From the NCBI GenBank assembly GCA_002314885.1, contig DCHT01000066.1, positions 7,689 to 71,688 on the forward strand: 64,000 nucleotides of DNA, written 5' to 3'. Source of the stretch: Bacteroidales bacterium UBA1745. GTDB lineage: Bacteria > Bacteroidota > Bacteroidia > Bacteroidales > UBA932. The translations under genes and the position numbers were made by a program. The notes below the pieces were generated by a model. The model did not search any database and had not been told where the DNA came from. It saw nothing but the letters and a program-made list of their open reading frames with translations. Shown here one piece after another: positions 29,748 through 44,898 of the stretch (positions within the stretch are counted from its first letter, which is position 1; each line of letters opens with the position of its first letter).

Positions 29748-31061
29748 ATGAATCAGATCATTACTCTTTCTGCACAGGTTCCTGTAGTCGGCCAGTATGA
29801 CACCGTAGTCTGCGGTGGTGGCCCTGCAGGCTTCATCGCCGCAATCGCTGCTGCAAGGCAGGGCGCAAAGACGGCTCTCATCGAACAGTATGGCTTCCTG
29901 GGTGGTATGGCCACCACGGGCTTCGTGGCCCCTCTCAGCGTCTTCACTTACAATAATGAGAAGGTGATAGGCGGCATTCCTTGGGAGTTCATCGAGCGCC
30001 TGCAGGCTATGGGCGGCGGTCTGATCGAGAAGCCTCTCGGCAACGTGGCATTCGACCCGGAGATGTACAAGCTCTGCTGCCAGCAGATGGTGCTCGAGGC
30101 CGGTGTGGAACTGTATATGCACAGTTATCTCTGCGGCTGTACCAAGAGCGCCGACGGACATATCGAGAACGTGATCATCACCAATAAGAACGGCTTTGAG
30201 GCCATTGGCGGCAAGGTTTTCATCGATTGCACCGGTGATGCCGACCTGGCTCACTTCGCAGGTGCTGAGATGCTCCCGGACGAAGGCAAGCCTCTCCAGC
30301 CGCTTTCAAGTTACTTCATACTCGGCGGCGTGGATACGACATCGCCTCGCATCGACCAGGCCATGCACCACAACCGCCAGGGCGTCAACTGCCATTGCGA
30401 AAGCATCAGGGACGAACTCGTGGCCCGGAGGGAAGAACTCGGCATTCCTGAGTTCGGCGGACCTTGGTTCTGCACGACTCTGCAGCCTGGTGTCGTGACC
30501 GTCAATATGACCCGTACGGCGGCGAATGCCTGCGACAACCGCGACTATACTGCCGCCGAATGCCGCCTGCGCGAGCAGGCCTATCAGATGGCAGCAGTGC
30601 TCCGTGACAATTTCGAGGAATTCAAGAACTGCTATGTGCTCGCTGTGGCACCTACGGCCGGCATTCGTGAAACGCGCCGCGTCAAGGGCCTCCACGTGAT
30701 TACTGCTCAGGAATATGTGAGCGCCTTCAGATATGACGACAGCGTCTCCAGAGGTGCTCATCCTATCGATATCCACGTAGCCAGCGGCCCTGCCCAGAAC
30801 GTCACTTTCCTGAAGTCTCCGGCATACGTACCTTATCGTTCATTGCTCGCAGAGAGCCTTGACAACCTGCTTGTTGCAGGCCGTTGCATCTCTGCGGACA
30901 AGACTTCATTCGCATCTCTGCGTGTGCAGGCCTCCTGTATGGGAACCGGACAGGCAGCGGGCGTGGCTGCAGCTCAGTGTGCAGCATCGGGACGTGACGT
31001 GCGCAAGGCGGATGTCGCTGCCCTTATGGATACCCTTCGTGAAATCGGTACAGTGATTTAG
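29748..31061 (+). CDS. FAD-dependent oxidoreductase, cytoplasmic
   Basis: VVCGGGPAG, EQYGFLGG, IDCTGDAD, GIRETRR, VPYRSL, LVAGRCIS, RVQ..CM.TGQAAG. Confidence 0.92.
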   Translation: MNQIITLSAQVPVVGQYDTVVCGGGPAGFIAAIAAARQGAKTALIEQYGFLGGMATTGFVAPLSVFTYNNEKVIGGIPWEFIERLQAMGGGLIEKPLGNVAFDPEMYKLCCQQMVLEAGVELYMHSYLCGCTKSADGHIENVIITNKNGFEAIGGKVFIDCTGDADLAHFAGAEMLPDEGKPLQPLSSYFILGGVDTTSPRIDQAMHHNRQGVNCHCESIRDELVARREELGIPEFGGPWFCTTLQPGVVTVNMTRTAANACDNRDYTAAECRLREQAYQMAAVLRDNFEEFKNCYVLAVAPTAGIRETRRVKGLHVITAQEYVSAFRYDDSVSRGAHPIDIHVASGPAQNVTFLKSPAYVPYRSLLAESLDNLLVAGRCISADKTSFASLRVQASCMGTGQAAGVAAAQCAASGRDVRKADVAALMDTLREIGTVI

Positions 31062-31062
31062 T

Positions 31063-32769
31063 ATGACTTGGTTAGACTACGGAGCCATTGCCGCCTACTT
31101 CGTGGGACTGGTGGCAATCAGCCTTCTCGTGAAGGGCAAGATCCGCAATTCGAGTGATATGTTCATAGCCGGCCGCAACTCTTCGTGGTGGCTCAGTGGC
31201 GTATCTTCATATATGACCGTGTTCAGCGCCAGCACCTTCGTGGTATGGGGCGGCGTGGCCTACAAATCCGGCCTCGTGGCCGCTGTGGTGGGCTATATGT
31301 TTGCCGTGGCAGCAGTGCCTGTGGGCCTGTGGATCGCAGGCAGATGGAGAAAGATGCGCATCGATTCTCCGGGCGAATACCTTGCGATACGTTTCGGCAA
31401 GAGCACGGTGAATTTCTACACCATCGCCGGCATCGTGGGCCGTGGAGTCCACACCGCAACGGCGCTTTACGCAGTTTCCATCATCCTGAGCGCCCTGACG
31501 GGACTCAACATCTGGATAGCCATACTTATTCTCGGTACAGTTACCCTCATCTATACCGTGATCGGCGGCTTCCTGGCCGTTCTGCTCACGGATTTCGTGC
31601 AGTTTGCCGTACTTCTGGCAGTGGTGCTCTTCCTCGTGCCGCTTTCATTCAAAGAGGTTGGGGGAGTGCAGGTGTTCCTTGACAATGCCCGTCAGATTCC
31701 TGGTTTCCTGAGCGGTACTTCTCAGACTTACACCTGGCTCTGGCTGGTGCTCTGGGCTGTGCTCAATGTGGCATATCTCGGTGGTGACTTCCCGTTCGTG
31801 CAGCGCTACATCAGCGTGCCGACCAGAAAGGATGCCCAGAAGAGCATTTTCCTCGTTGGAGCCCTCTATATCCTAACTCCGCTGCTGTGGTACCTTCCGG
31901 CTATGATCTACCGTGTGCTGGTGCCTGGTCCCGGTATGGACGTGGATCCTGCCGCAATGACCACTCTCGGCGAGAGCGCATACGTGGAAATGGGCAAGAG
32001 GGTGCTGATGAACGGTATGCTGGGCATTATGCTCGCTGCTATGCTTTCAGCCACTATGTCTATGGTGTCCGGCACTCTCAACGTCTATGCGAACGTATTT
32101 ACCTGTGACATCTGGGGCGCCCGCCACAAGAATGCCGCAGAGAGCGATAAGATACGTGCAGGCCGCGTATTTACTCTCGTGTTCGGCCTGGCCATCACCG
32201 CCGGTGCTATGCTGATTCCGTTTGCCGGAGGCGCAGAGAAGGTGGTTGTGACCATACTCACGATGATACTCTGTCCTCTGTATATTCCGTCCCTCTGGGG
32301 CATTTTCAGCCGCAGGCTCACCGGCAAGCAGCTGATGATAGCTATGCTCGCATCCTGGGCAGTAGGCTTCACTGCAAGGTTCACGGTGCCTGCCGAGATT
32401 ATCAGGCCGAGTCTCATCGAGTCCATCTCCGGCAGCATCCTGCCTATAGCCATCCTTTCCGTGATGGAAATCGTATCCTGGCGAAAGGGCCTTGTCGCTC
32501 CAGGTGCTGAGGCTGTGCTGGCCATCAGCGATCCTGACTCCGACAGACAGAGCACTCCTGAGATGAAGGCTGCCTCCAGGGCCTATTCCGACCTCGCAAT
32601 TTCCTGCTTCTGCGCCACCATCGGCGTCGTGGCATTGCTGCTGACCGTGCTGCTCATTGCCGGCGATCCTAAGACCGTCGCTGCCAAGGGCATAGTGATA
32701 TGGTTCATTGCAGCCATCGTTGTCGTCGTTGCTACATATCTGGCCTATAGGCTTTTACGTAAGAAATAA
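31063..32769 (+). CDS. Sodium:solute symporter (SSS family)
   Basis: LDY..IAAYF, FIAGR, SASTFV, EYL..RFG, LTDFVQ, VQRY, AAMLSATMS. Confidence 0.92.
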   Translation: MTWLDYGAIAAYFVGLVAISLLVKGKIRNSSDMFIAGRNSSWWLSGVSSYMTVFSASTFVVWGGVAYKSGLVAAVVGYMFAVAAVPVGLWIAGRWRKMRIDSPGEYLAIRFGKSTVNFYTIAGIVGRGVHTATALYAVSIILSALTGLNIWIAILILGTVTLIYTVIGGFLAVLLTDFVQFAVLLAVVLFLVPLSFKEVGGVQVFLDNARQIPGFLSGTSQTYTWLWLVLWAVLNVAYLGGDFPFVQRYISVPTRKDAQKSIFLVGALYILTPLLWYLPAMIYRVLVPGPGMDVDPAAMTTLGESAYVEMGKRVLMNGMLGIMLAAMLSATMSMVSGTLNVYANVFTCDIWGARHKNAAESDKIRAGRVFTLVFGLAITAGAMLIPFAGGAEKVVVTILTMILCPLYIPSLWGIFSRRLTGKQLMIAMLASWAVGFTARFTVPAEIIRPSLIESISGSILPIAILSVMEIVSWRKGLVAPGAEAVLAISDPDSDRQSTPEMKAASRAYSDLAISCFCATIGVVALLLTVLLIAGDPKTVAAKGIVIWFIAAIVVVVATYLAYRLLRKK

Positions 32770-32788
32770 TCAATAATATTCAAGCATA

Positions 32789-34453
32789 ATGAACACTAAA
32801 ATCCTTTCTGTCATCGCTTCCATCGCGATGGTCGCAATTGCTTCCTGCTCGGATATCACTCCTGAGCCGGTTCCAGATCCAGATCCCGATCCTACTCCAG
32901 TGACTCCGACTCCTGACCCGGATCCCGATCCTACCAAACCGCTTCCTGAAACCATCAAGCTGCTTTGCATCGGCAACAGTTTCTCTGCGGATGCTGTGGA
33001 GCAGGAACTCTATGGCCTTTTCGAGGCTGTAGGTCAGAAGATCATCATCGGTGATATGTACATCGGAGGCTGTCCTCTCGAGACTCACGCCAACAATGCC
33101 AAGAATGACGCAGCCGCATACAGCTACAGGAAGATCGTCAACGGTGCTTTGACCACCACTTCCAGCGTCAAGCTTTCCACGGCTCTCAAGGACGAGGACT
33201 GGACCTTCATCAGCATTCAGGAAGGTGCTGGATTCCACGGATTCTACGATACGACTTATAACGGCGTAACCCATTCTATGGAGCCTAACCTGACATATCT
33301 CATCAATTATGTAAAGGAAAACGGCCCTAAGGATGCTACTCTTGTCTATCACGCGCCTTGGGCAGCAAAACCAGGCTACACAGGTGTGAAGTTCAGTTAT
33401 TACGGCTACGACCAGAAGGTGATGTACGATATGATCTGCACGGCTACTCAGCAGGTTGTGGCGGCTCATCCTGAGATCGGACTCGTGATGAACTCTATGG
33501 ACGCCATCCAGAATGCGAGAACCACGTATCTCGGTGAGGACTTCAACCGCGACGGCTGGCATCTCAGCTATTCCAAGGGCAGATATACCGCAGGATGCCT
33601 CTGGTTTGAGAAGATTATGGGAAGGAGCGTCGTAGGCAACACATATCATCCAAATACCATCTCCGATTATGTGGCCAACGTCTGCCAGCAGGCGGCACAC
33701 GGGGCAGTGGAGCATCCATACACCGTAACTGACCTGTCTTCAATCCCTGATCCGGGAGAGGTGAAGGACACCGTCAAGAGGCAGATCCTTGCGAAGTGGT
33801 ATTTCTCTCCAGCGAGGGCTAAGTCTGACGGCTGCATCCAGACCTGGACCGGTCAGACCGAGCCGGGTGTCTACAGATATTCCAATGAACCGGGCGAGAG
33901 GGGATACTACCTGGCCAACGAAGAAGGCAAGGGCAAGCTTAGCTATGTTCAGGTGGACAAGACCCAGTGGACTGCAAGCAATTCAGGTCTGTCAATCCTC
34001 GATGTCAGCAACGGTGGACAGCCTGTTATGTGCGGCCCTATGACCGGAGACTACTGGCTGTTTGAGACTACCGGAAATTACAATATTGCCGAAGGCTCGA
34101 ATGTGCATATCATTTTCACTTACAACCCTGGAAACTACGGTGCAAAGTACTGGATGGTAGAATATATGGACGGTGACAAGTGGGTTCCTGCCTTCGACAC
34201 CGCTACGACTACGATCACCGAGCAGGGCGAAATCACCTATAACATCGCCTTTACATCTTCCCAGAAGATTGTGGAATTCACGAAGACCCTTACTGAGCCT
34301 ACCGTGGAATTCAAGGTCAGGATGACCTGCTGCTCAACCTATCAGGTGAACGACAAGTATTTCGCCTCGCCTAACGCCAAGTGCGCTTCGCGTATTGCCG
34401 GCGACCCGAACAATGAGGCCAAGCCTCTCCCACAGATGGATATCGTACTGTAA
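32789..34453 (+). CDS. SGNH-like (DUF4886-type) lipoprotein with Pro-rich linker and C-terminal beta domain
   Basis: Lipobox IASC; PEPVPDPDPDPTPVTPTPDPDPDPT linker; IGNSFS and RDGWH (Ser...DxxH). Confidence 0.75.
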   Translation: MNTKILSVIASIAMVAIASCSDITPEPVPDPDPDPTPVTPTPDPDPDPTKPLPETIKLLCIGNSFSADAVEQELYGLFEAVGQKIIIGDMYIGGCPLETHANNAKNDAAAYSYRKIVNGALTTTSSVKLSTALKDEDWTFISIQEGAGFHGFYDTTYNGVTHSMEPNLTYLINYVKENGPKDATLVYHAPWAAKPGYTGVKFSYYGYDQKVMYDMICTATQQVVAAHPEIGLVMNSMDAIQNARTTYLGEDFNRDGWHLSYSKGRYTAGCLWFEKIMGRSVVGNTYHPNTISDYVANVCQQAAHGAVEHPYTVTDLSSIPDPGEVKDTVKRQILAKWYFSPARAKSDGCIQTWTGQTEPGVYRYSNEPGERGYYLANEEGKGKLSYVQVDKTQWTASNSGLSILDVSNGGQPVMCGPMTGDYWLFETTGNYNIAEGSNVHIIFTYNPGNYGAKYWMVEYMDGDKWVPAFDTATTTITEQGEITYNIAFTSSQKIVEFTKTLTEPTVEFKVRMTCCSTYQVNDKYFASPNAKCASRIAGDPNNEAKPLPQMDIVL

Positions 34454-38904
<4,451 letters not shown>

Positions 38905-38912
38905 CTGCATTC

Positions 38913-39680
38913 TTACCAAACGATAATTACTTTTACTCCTAGTTCTTCAATCTGACGTTTTGCTTCCTGGGGGAAGCCTCCGTCTGTAATGAGGATGCTT
39001 ATCTTTTCCACACCGCAGATCCTAGCAAATCCTTTCTGTTCAAATTTGCTGGAATCCGCCAGGACAATGGTCTGTTCTGACGATTTTATCATCTGTCGGA
39101 TAATTTCGGCTTCTTCCATTGTGCCTGTTGTGATTCCGTAATTGATGTCTATTCCATCTACTCCAATGAACACTTTGGAGCAATACACGTTGCTCAGTGT
39201 GTTGATGGCATCGTTGCCGACAACGGAGAGTGTATTGCTATAGAGGATTCCTCCGACTTGCATAACTGTAATATCTTTTGCTTCACCGAAGAAGGCGGAG
39301 ACGTTGACAGCTGTACTTACGATATTGAGTCGTCCTTTTGGCTTGATGCATTCTGCAAATACAGCACTCGTTGAGCCTGAGGAAATAATTATGGAGTCAT
39401 TCTCTTCGATGAATGATGCAGCGCATCTGCCGATCTTAAGTTTCTCCTCGTAATTAATCAGTTTCTTATTATTGAGATTGATATCCATTACAGGAGCTGC
39501 AGTAGGGAGGGCACTTCCATACGCGCGATATAGAAGTCCTTTGCTTTCAAGGTAATTCAGGTCTTTTCTGATTGTCGTCGGCGTGACGCCTAATGTAATT
39601 GCCAACTCTGATACTTTGAGCAGGCCCTCTTTTGAAATGTTTTCAAGTATATACTTTCTACGGTCGGCAATTCCAGTCAT
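38913..39680 (-). CDS. DeoR/GlpR-family transcriptional regulator
   Basis: HTH VSELAITLGVTPTTIRKDL; SGSTS, VGG, ADSSKF, ITD. Confidence 0.95.
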   Translation of the reverse strand: MTGIADRRKYILENISKEGLLKVSELAITLGVTPTTIRKDLNYLESKGLLYRAYGSALPTAAPVMDINLNNKKLINYEEKLKIGRCAASFIEENDSIIISSGSTSAVFAECIKPKGRLNIVSTAVNVSAFFGEAKDITVMQVGGILYSNTLSVVGNDAINTLSNVYCSKVFIGVDGIDINYGITTGTMEEAEIIRQMIKSSEQTIVLADSSKFEQKGFARICGVEKISILITDGGFPQEAKRQIEELGVKVIIVW

Positions 39681-39702
39681 ATTATTTTGTGTTAAAACGT
39701 TA

Positions 39703-39801
39703 CAAATATAGTAATTATGTTTCGTTTCGCAATATAATGAAATATATAACGAAATATCAAACGAAATATTTCTTTATTTTTATGTTGTGAAAACGAAATA
39801 T
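39703..39801. promoter_or_regulatory. Divergent promoter region with an AACGAAATAT repeat array (candidate DeoR operators)
   Basis: AATGAAATAT at 39736; AACGAAATAT at 39748, 39760 and 39792; inverted AACGAAACAT at 39717-39726; TATATTTG -7 element on the - strand at 39703-39710. Confidence 0.7.
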
Positions 39802-39856
39802 TTTTTCATTTTTGTTACTGAGCATTCAATTTTGCTTACTAGATATTTTTAACGAT

Positions 39857-42800
39857 ATGGATATATTTCGAAAAATCTCGCTGCTACTGCTCGCTATGAT
39901 GGTATCTACTACCGTCGTTTTCGCTCAGAAGAGGAGTGTCTCCGGAACAGTTACATCGACTGCTGGGGAACCCCTTGTTGGTGTCGGAGTCTTTGTCAAA
40001 AACACAGCTAATGGAACTGTTACAGATATTGACGGCCGATTTTCTCTCTCGAATGTACCTGAAAATGCAGTGCTGGTAGCTTCTACGATAGGCTATCAGT
40101 CTGTAGAGGTTAACTCTGGGAATCTATCTTCAGTCTCAATAAAGATGGAAGAGGATTCTATGTTGCTTGAGGAAACAGTCGTAGTTGGTTACGGTAGCCA
40201 GAGAAAAGTGACATTGACGGGCTCTGTAGCGACCACTTCTGGAGATGCGCTTGTCAAGAGTTCTGCAGTCAACCTCTCTCAGGGTCTTGCTGGCCGTCTT
40301 TCCGGTGTGATCGTCAACAACCGCTCGGGTGAGCCTGGTAAGGATGACGCGACAATGTTCATCCGTGGACGTAGTACACTTGGAGATAACTCTCCTCTCA
40401 TCATTATCGATGGTATCCCTGGTCGAGGTGACGATTTCTCTCGTCTTACCGGTGAGGAAATAGAGAGTGTCACTGTCCTCAAGGATGCATCTGGTGCTAT
40501 CTATGGCTCCCGTTCTGCAAACGGTGTCATCCTCGTCACTACCAAACACGGTGGTTATGAAGAGACCCCAAATGTGACCTTCACTTATGACCTTGGTATG
40601 CAGCAGCCAACCAGGCTTGTTCAAATGGCTGATGCTGTGCTGTTTACTCAGGCCTACAATGATGAGCTTGCAATTACCGGCGCTGCTCCATATTACAACA
40701 AGACGCAGATCCAACATTACATTGATCAGGATGATCCAATCCTTTATCCTAATACAAACTGGTTCGATGAGATCATCAAGCCTATTTCACTTCAGCACAA
40801 ATATGGCGTGAGTGTCAATGGAGGCAGCAAAAGGGTTTCATATTTCGTTCAGTTCAATGGTCAGTACCAGGATGGTATATATTATAAGAGTGCCACGAAC
40901 TACAATCAGTATAATGTCAGATCCAACGTCACTGTTAAGGTAACAAAAGGCCTTTCTGTCGGTGTGAACCTCAATTTCCGCCAGCAGCATAAGAATTATT
41001 CTGCCTTCCCAAGTGATTCATACGGTATTTTCTATATCGCTACTCGTATGAAGCCAACGGGCGCTGCGTATTATCCAAATGGTTATCTGCGTGGTGGTAC
41101 AAATCCTGCTGTCCTCGTCCAGGACCTTACCGGTTATGACAAGACTACTACCAACACCATAAATACCACTCTTACTGCAAACTGGGACCTTGGATTCATC
41201 ACAAAAGGTCTTTCTATCAACGGTAATATCGCGTATGACGTTATCGGTAAGTTCCGCAAGAACTGGCAGCAGAACTGGGAATATTACTCTTATGACGAAA
41301 TCACTGAACTCTTTGAGCCTCACACCTGCTCATACTGGTCAACTCCGGTCCTGCACGAGTATCAGACAAACTCACACACCCTGACCGCCAATGCCAATAT
41401 CAACTATGACCGTGATTTCAGTGGTCATCACGTCTCTGCGCTTGCCGGTTACGAACAGAGTTCATACAGAATGGATTATTTCACTGCCGGCATTGATTCG
41501 TATGCATCTGATATTCTTGACGAGTTTTTTGCCGGTTCAGCAGACAAGAGTTGGTATTCCATCAATGGTTATGCCCGCGAAACAGCTCGCTTGAGTTTCT
41601 TCGGACGCCTTGGCTATGACTACAAGAGCAAGTACCTTGTTCAGGCCCTCATACGTTTCGATGGTTCTGAAAACTTCCCTAAGGCCAACAGATGGGGAGT
41701 CTTCCCAGGCGTATCTCTCGGATGGCGCATCTCTGAGGAACCATTTATGAAGGATAATGTCCCTGCAATCACCAACCTTAAGCTCAGGGCCTCCTATGGT
41801 GAGCAGGGAAATGACCAGATTGCTGCATTCCAATACCTTACTACATATCAATATACATCTCTGGCAAGATATAAGATGCAGATCGACGGCAAGGACGTGA
41901 ACTATATAATTCCAGGAACTATTCCAAACGAGAATGTAACTTGGGAAGTCGCCAGAACTTGGAATGTCGGCCTCGATGGCAACATCAGGAATGGCCTCTT
42001 CTCTTGGGAACTTGAATACTTCTTCACCAGAAGGTCAAACATCCTTTGTACCAGGAATGCCTCCGTACCATATTATACTGGACTTACAAGCAGCCTTCCT
42101 GACGAGAATATAGGTATAGTAAGGAATTCAGGTGTTGAGATTCAGCTCTCTCACGAAAATAAGGTTGCCAACGGTCAACTTCTCTATCACGTTGCTGGAA
42201 ACTTTATGTTTGCGAAGAATACGATCGAGTATATGGATGAGACGCCTTGGGGCGAAGGTCACGAGTATATGAACCTTACCGGTCATCCTATGGGCGCAGG
42301 ACTCTACTATCAGGTAAAGGGAATCAACAAGACCCAGGAAGACCTCGAGAACAATCCTCAAATGGCAGGCGCAACTCTTGGTGACTTCATTTTTGAAGAC
42401 CTCGACGGAGATGGAAAGATCACCACTTATGACCGTAAGAGATGTGACCTTACTGCTGTTCCGCAGATTGTTTTTGGTCTCAATTTCGATCTGACTTGGA
42501 AGAACTTTGACTTCTCATTGCTTTTCCAGGGACAGGGCAGGGCTAGATACTATTATGCTCCACTCACCGACCCAGTGTCAGGAAACCTTGAAAAGAATGC
42601 TGCTATGAATGCGTGGACTCTCGATAACAGAGATTCCGATTATCCTCGTATGGGTTCCAATATTTCAAATGGTGGCGTGACTAGATCTTCCTTCTATTAT
42701 AGAAATGCATCTTTCCTCCGTCTCAAGAACGTGGAACTCGGATATACTATTCCAAAGGAAGTGTGGGGCGGAAAGATTCCTGTCAAGGGACTTAGATTCT

Positions 42801-42928
42801 ACATCGCGGGCTACAACCTTCTTACTCTTTCAGAACTCAAGAATGTGGACCCGGAGACAAGCGATGAGTCATACCAGACATATCCACAGATGAGGATTTT
42901 CAACACTGGTGTGAAGTTGACCTTCTAA
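39857..42928 (+). CDS. susC: SusC/RagA TonB-dependent transporter
   Basis: GTVTDIDGRF, VVVGYG, PLIIIDG, LKDASGAIYGSRSANGVILVTTK, LKLRASYG, TWE, FLRLKN, C-terminal Phe. Confidence 0.97.
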   Translation: MDIFRKISLLLLAMMVSTTVVFAQKRSVSGTVTSTAGEPLVGVGVFVKNTANGTVTDIDGRFSLSNVPENAVLVASTIGYQSVEVNSGNLSSVSIKMEEDSMLLEETVVVGYGSQRKVTLTGSVATTSGDALVKSSAVNLSQGLAGRLSGVIVNNRSGEPGKDDATMFIRGRSTLGDNSPLIIIDGIPGRGDDFSRLTGEEIESVTVLKDASGAIYGSRSANGVILVTTKHGGYEETPNVTFTYDLGMQQPTRLVQMADAVLFTQAYNDELAITGAAPYYNKTQIQHYIDQDDPILYPNTNWFDEIIKPISLQHKYGVSVNGGSKRVSYFVQFNGQYQDGIYYKSATNYNQYNVRSNVTVKVTKGLSVGVNLNFRQQHKNYSAFPSDSYGIFYIATRMKPTGAAYYPNGYLRGGTNPAVLVQDLTGYDKTTTNTINTTLTANWDLGFITKGLSINGNIAYDVIGKFRKNWQQNWEYYSYDEITELFEPHTCSYWSTPVLHEYQTNSHTLTANANINYDRDFSGHHVSALAGYEQSSYRMDYFTAGIDSYASDILDEFFAGSADKSWYSINGYARETARLSFFGRLGYDYKSKYLVQALIRFDGSENFPKANRWGVFPGVSLGWRISEEPFMKDNVPAITNLKLRASYGEQGNDQIAAFQYLTTYQYTSLARYKMQIDGKDVNYIIPGTIPNENVTWEVARTWNVGLDGNIRNGLFSWELEYFFTRRSNILCTRNASVPYYTGLTSSLPDENIGIVRNSGVEIQLSHENKVANGQLLYHVAGNFMFAKNTIEYMDETPWGEGHEYMNLTGHPMGAGLYYQVKGINKTQEDLENNPQMAGATLGDFIFEDLDGDGKITTYDRKRCDLTAVPQIVFGLNFDLTWKNFDFSLLFQGQGRARYYYAPLTDPVSGNLEKNAAMNAWTLDNRDSDYPRMGSNISNGGVTRSSFYYRNASFLRLKNVELGYTIPKEVWGGKIPVKGLRFYIAGYNLLTLSELKNVDPETSDESYQTYPQMRIFNTGVKLTF

Positions 42929-42940
42929 ACAAGAGTGACC

Positions 42941-44890
42941 ATGAAAAGAAATATCATTGCAATAATTGCAGCGGCTGTTGCCGCAGCCTCCTGCTCAAGT
43001 TTTCTTGATAAAACTCCTTTGGATAAGCTTTCAGAGGACGCCGTGTTCAATAGTGACGCTCTTTCAGAAAGTTACGTGAATGCTCTGTATTCAGTTCTCA
43101 ACGATCCTTACGAGGAGGGTAATGTCAGCTGTATCACCGACGAAGGCTTCTTCAGATATGGCGGCACTTCTACCAGATATATTGCTTCTGGAAATATGAC
43201 TCCAGATAATATTATGTATATGGATGAAGGTGGTACCGCACACAATTCCAGAACTACAATCCTCAATATCTGGAACAGGGCATATCAGTATATATATAGA
43301 ATGAATTATTTCATCAATTATGTGACTGAGAATGAGACAAAACTAAGCGAAGATGGCAAGAACCGCCTTCTTGGTGAAGCATACTATCTCAGAGCCTGGG
43401 CTTATTTCAACCTCATTCAGAGATATGCCGGTGTTCCTATCATCACTAAGGTCTACACTCTTTCTGATGAGTATGGAGTGACCAGAGACAGTTACGATGA
43501 TTGCGTCGATTTCATTCTCGAGGATCTTGCCAGGGCAGAGTCGCTTCTTCCGACAAAGGCTGAGAGCCAGCGTGGCAGAGCGAACAAGGACGTTTGCCTT
43601 GCACTCAGATCAAGACTCACGCTCGTTGCTGCGTCACCTCTCTTCAATGACCCTGATAATCCGCAGGGAAGTATTTTCAGAGGCGCATATAGCTCTGATA
43701 AGTGGCAGCGTGCCTTCGACGCCGCGAAAGCCATTGTTGACCGAGCAGATGTTGAAGGAGCCTACCAGTTGGACGATACTTATGATGGTATCTGGAGAGA
43801 CGTCAACAGTCCTGAACTTATCTGGGCAAAATATTTTACCGCAACAAGTACAGTGAACAAGGCCCAGTTGCTCTACTCAGTAGTTTACTTCAATGGCTGG
43901 ACTTCCATCAGTCCAACCCAGGCTATGGTTATGGACTATGAGATGACAAATGGTAAGAAGTTCTTTGAGGATGGTTCAGGTTATGACGAGAAGCATCCAT
44001 TCAAGAATCGTGACCCTCGCTTCTACAAGACTATCGCTGCTCCATTCAGTATGTATGAGCACACTTCTGACGGTACTACAACTTCAGACCAACTTGAGTT
44101 GTATCTTCTCTACGATGGGAAGACGAAGGCTGATTTCGAGCTTGGTAAGCCGGAACCTGATTACACAAGCAAGGCAAAACACCTCTGGCACGCTACCAAT
44201 ACAATGGGTATGGAGTTCAATAAGTGGTATATTCCTACTTCTCCAATTACTGAATTAGAAGTTGGATCTCTTCTTTTCCCTTGGTTCAGACTTGCTGAGA
44301 TGTATCTCAATTATGCTGAATCTGCTTATATGCTTGGAAAGGAAGAAACCTGCCGCGAATACATCAACAAGGTTCGTTCTCGTGCAGACGTAAACATGCC
44401 TGCAGTCACTGAATCTGGTGAGGCTCTTTGGGACAGACTTGTAAACGAGCGCAGAATCGAGATGGCTTACGAGGTAGTCCGCTACTTCGATGTAAGAAGA
44501 TGGAAGACAGCTCCGTTCTATGAGAATATTCCTTTTGCCGGTATGCGAACTATGATTCTCAAGAATGGCACCAAGCAGGATACATTATACCGCGTGGTCC
44601 GTAAATACGACGAGTCCAAGAACAATACTTGCTATTATTGGAAGACTTCATCTGCTCGTCAGGCATATATCGATGCGAATGGCGCTGCTGAGGATATCGA
44701 GTGCGTATACACATACAAGTGGCTTGGACAGGAGTACAAGATTGACTTCGGCGACTGCTGCTTGAATGTATCTCCTACGCAGAAGCATTTCCCTAAGGTC
44801 GGTGATGTCTATCCGAACTATCTTATGCCTATTCCTCGTAATGAGATTACAAAGAGTGAAGGCTCAATTGAACAGAATCCTGGTTATTAA
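42941..44890 (+). CDS. susD: SusD/RagB lipoprotein
   Basis: Lipobox AASC, GEAYYLRAWAYFNL, RDPRF, FRLAEMYLNYAE, NERRIE, PIP...QNPGY. Confidence 0.96.
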   Translation: MKRNIIAIIAAAVAAASCSSFLDKTPLDKLSEDAVFNSDALSESYVNALYSVLNDPYEEGNVSCITDEGFFRYGGTSTRYIASGNMTPDNIMYMDEGGTAHNSRTTILNIWNRAYQYIYRMNYFINYVTENETKLSEDGKNRLLGEAYYLRAWAYFNLIQRYAGVPIITKVYTLSDEYGVTRDSYDDCVDFILEDLARAESLLPTKAESQRGRANKDVCLALRSRLTLVAASPLFNDPDNPQGSIFRGAYSSDKWQRAFDAAKAIVDRADVEGAYQLDDTYDGIWRDVNSPELIWAKYFTATSTVNKAQLLYSVVYFNGWTSISPTQAMVMDYEMTNGKKFFEDGSGYDEKHPFKNRDPRFYKTIAAPFSMYEHTSDGTTTSDQLELYLLYDGKTKADFELGKPEPDYTSKAKHLWHATNTMGMEFNKWYIPTSPITELEVGSLLFPWFRLAEMYLNYAESAYMLGKEETCREYINKVRSRADVNMPAVTESGEALWDRLVNERRIEMAYEVVRYFDVRRWKTAPFYENIPFAGMRTMILKNGTKQDTLYRVVRKYDESKNNTCYYWKTSSARQAYIDANGAAEDIECVYTYKWLGQEYKIDFGDCCLNVSPTQKHFPKVGDVYPNYLMPIPRNEITKSEGSIEQNPGY

Positions 44891-44898
44891 TATATAGT

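Noticed and set aside
32861-32940. Low-complexity CCGGAT/CCAGAT-type repeats
   Set aside because: They encode an ordinary Pro-Asp/Pro-Thr lipoprotein linker with varied codons.
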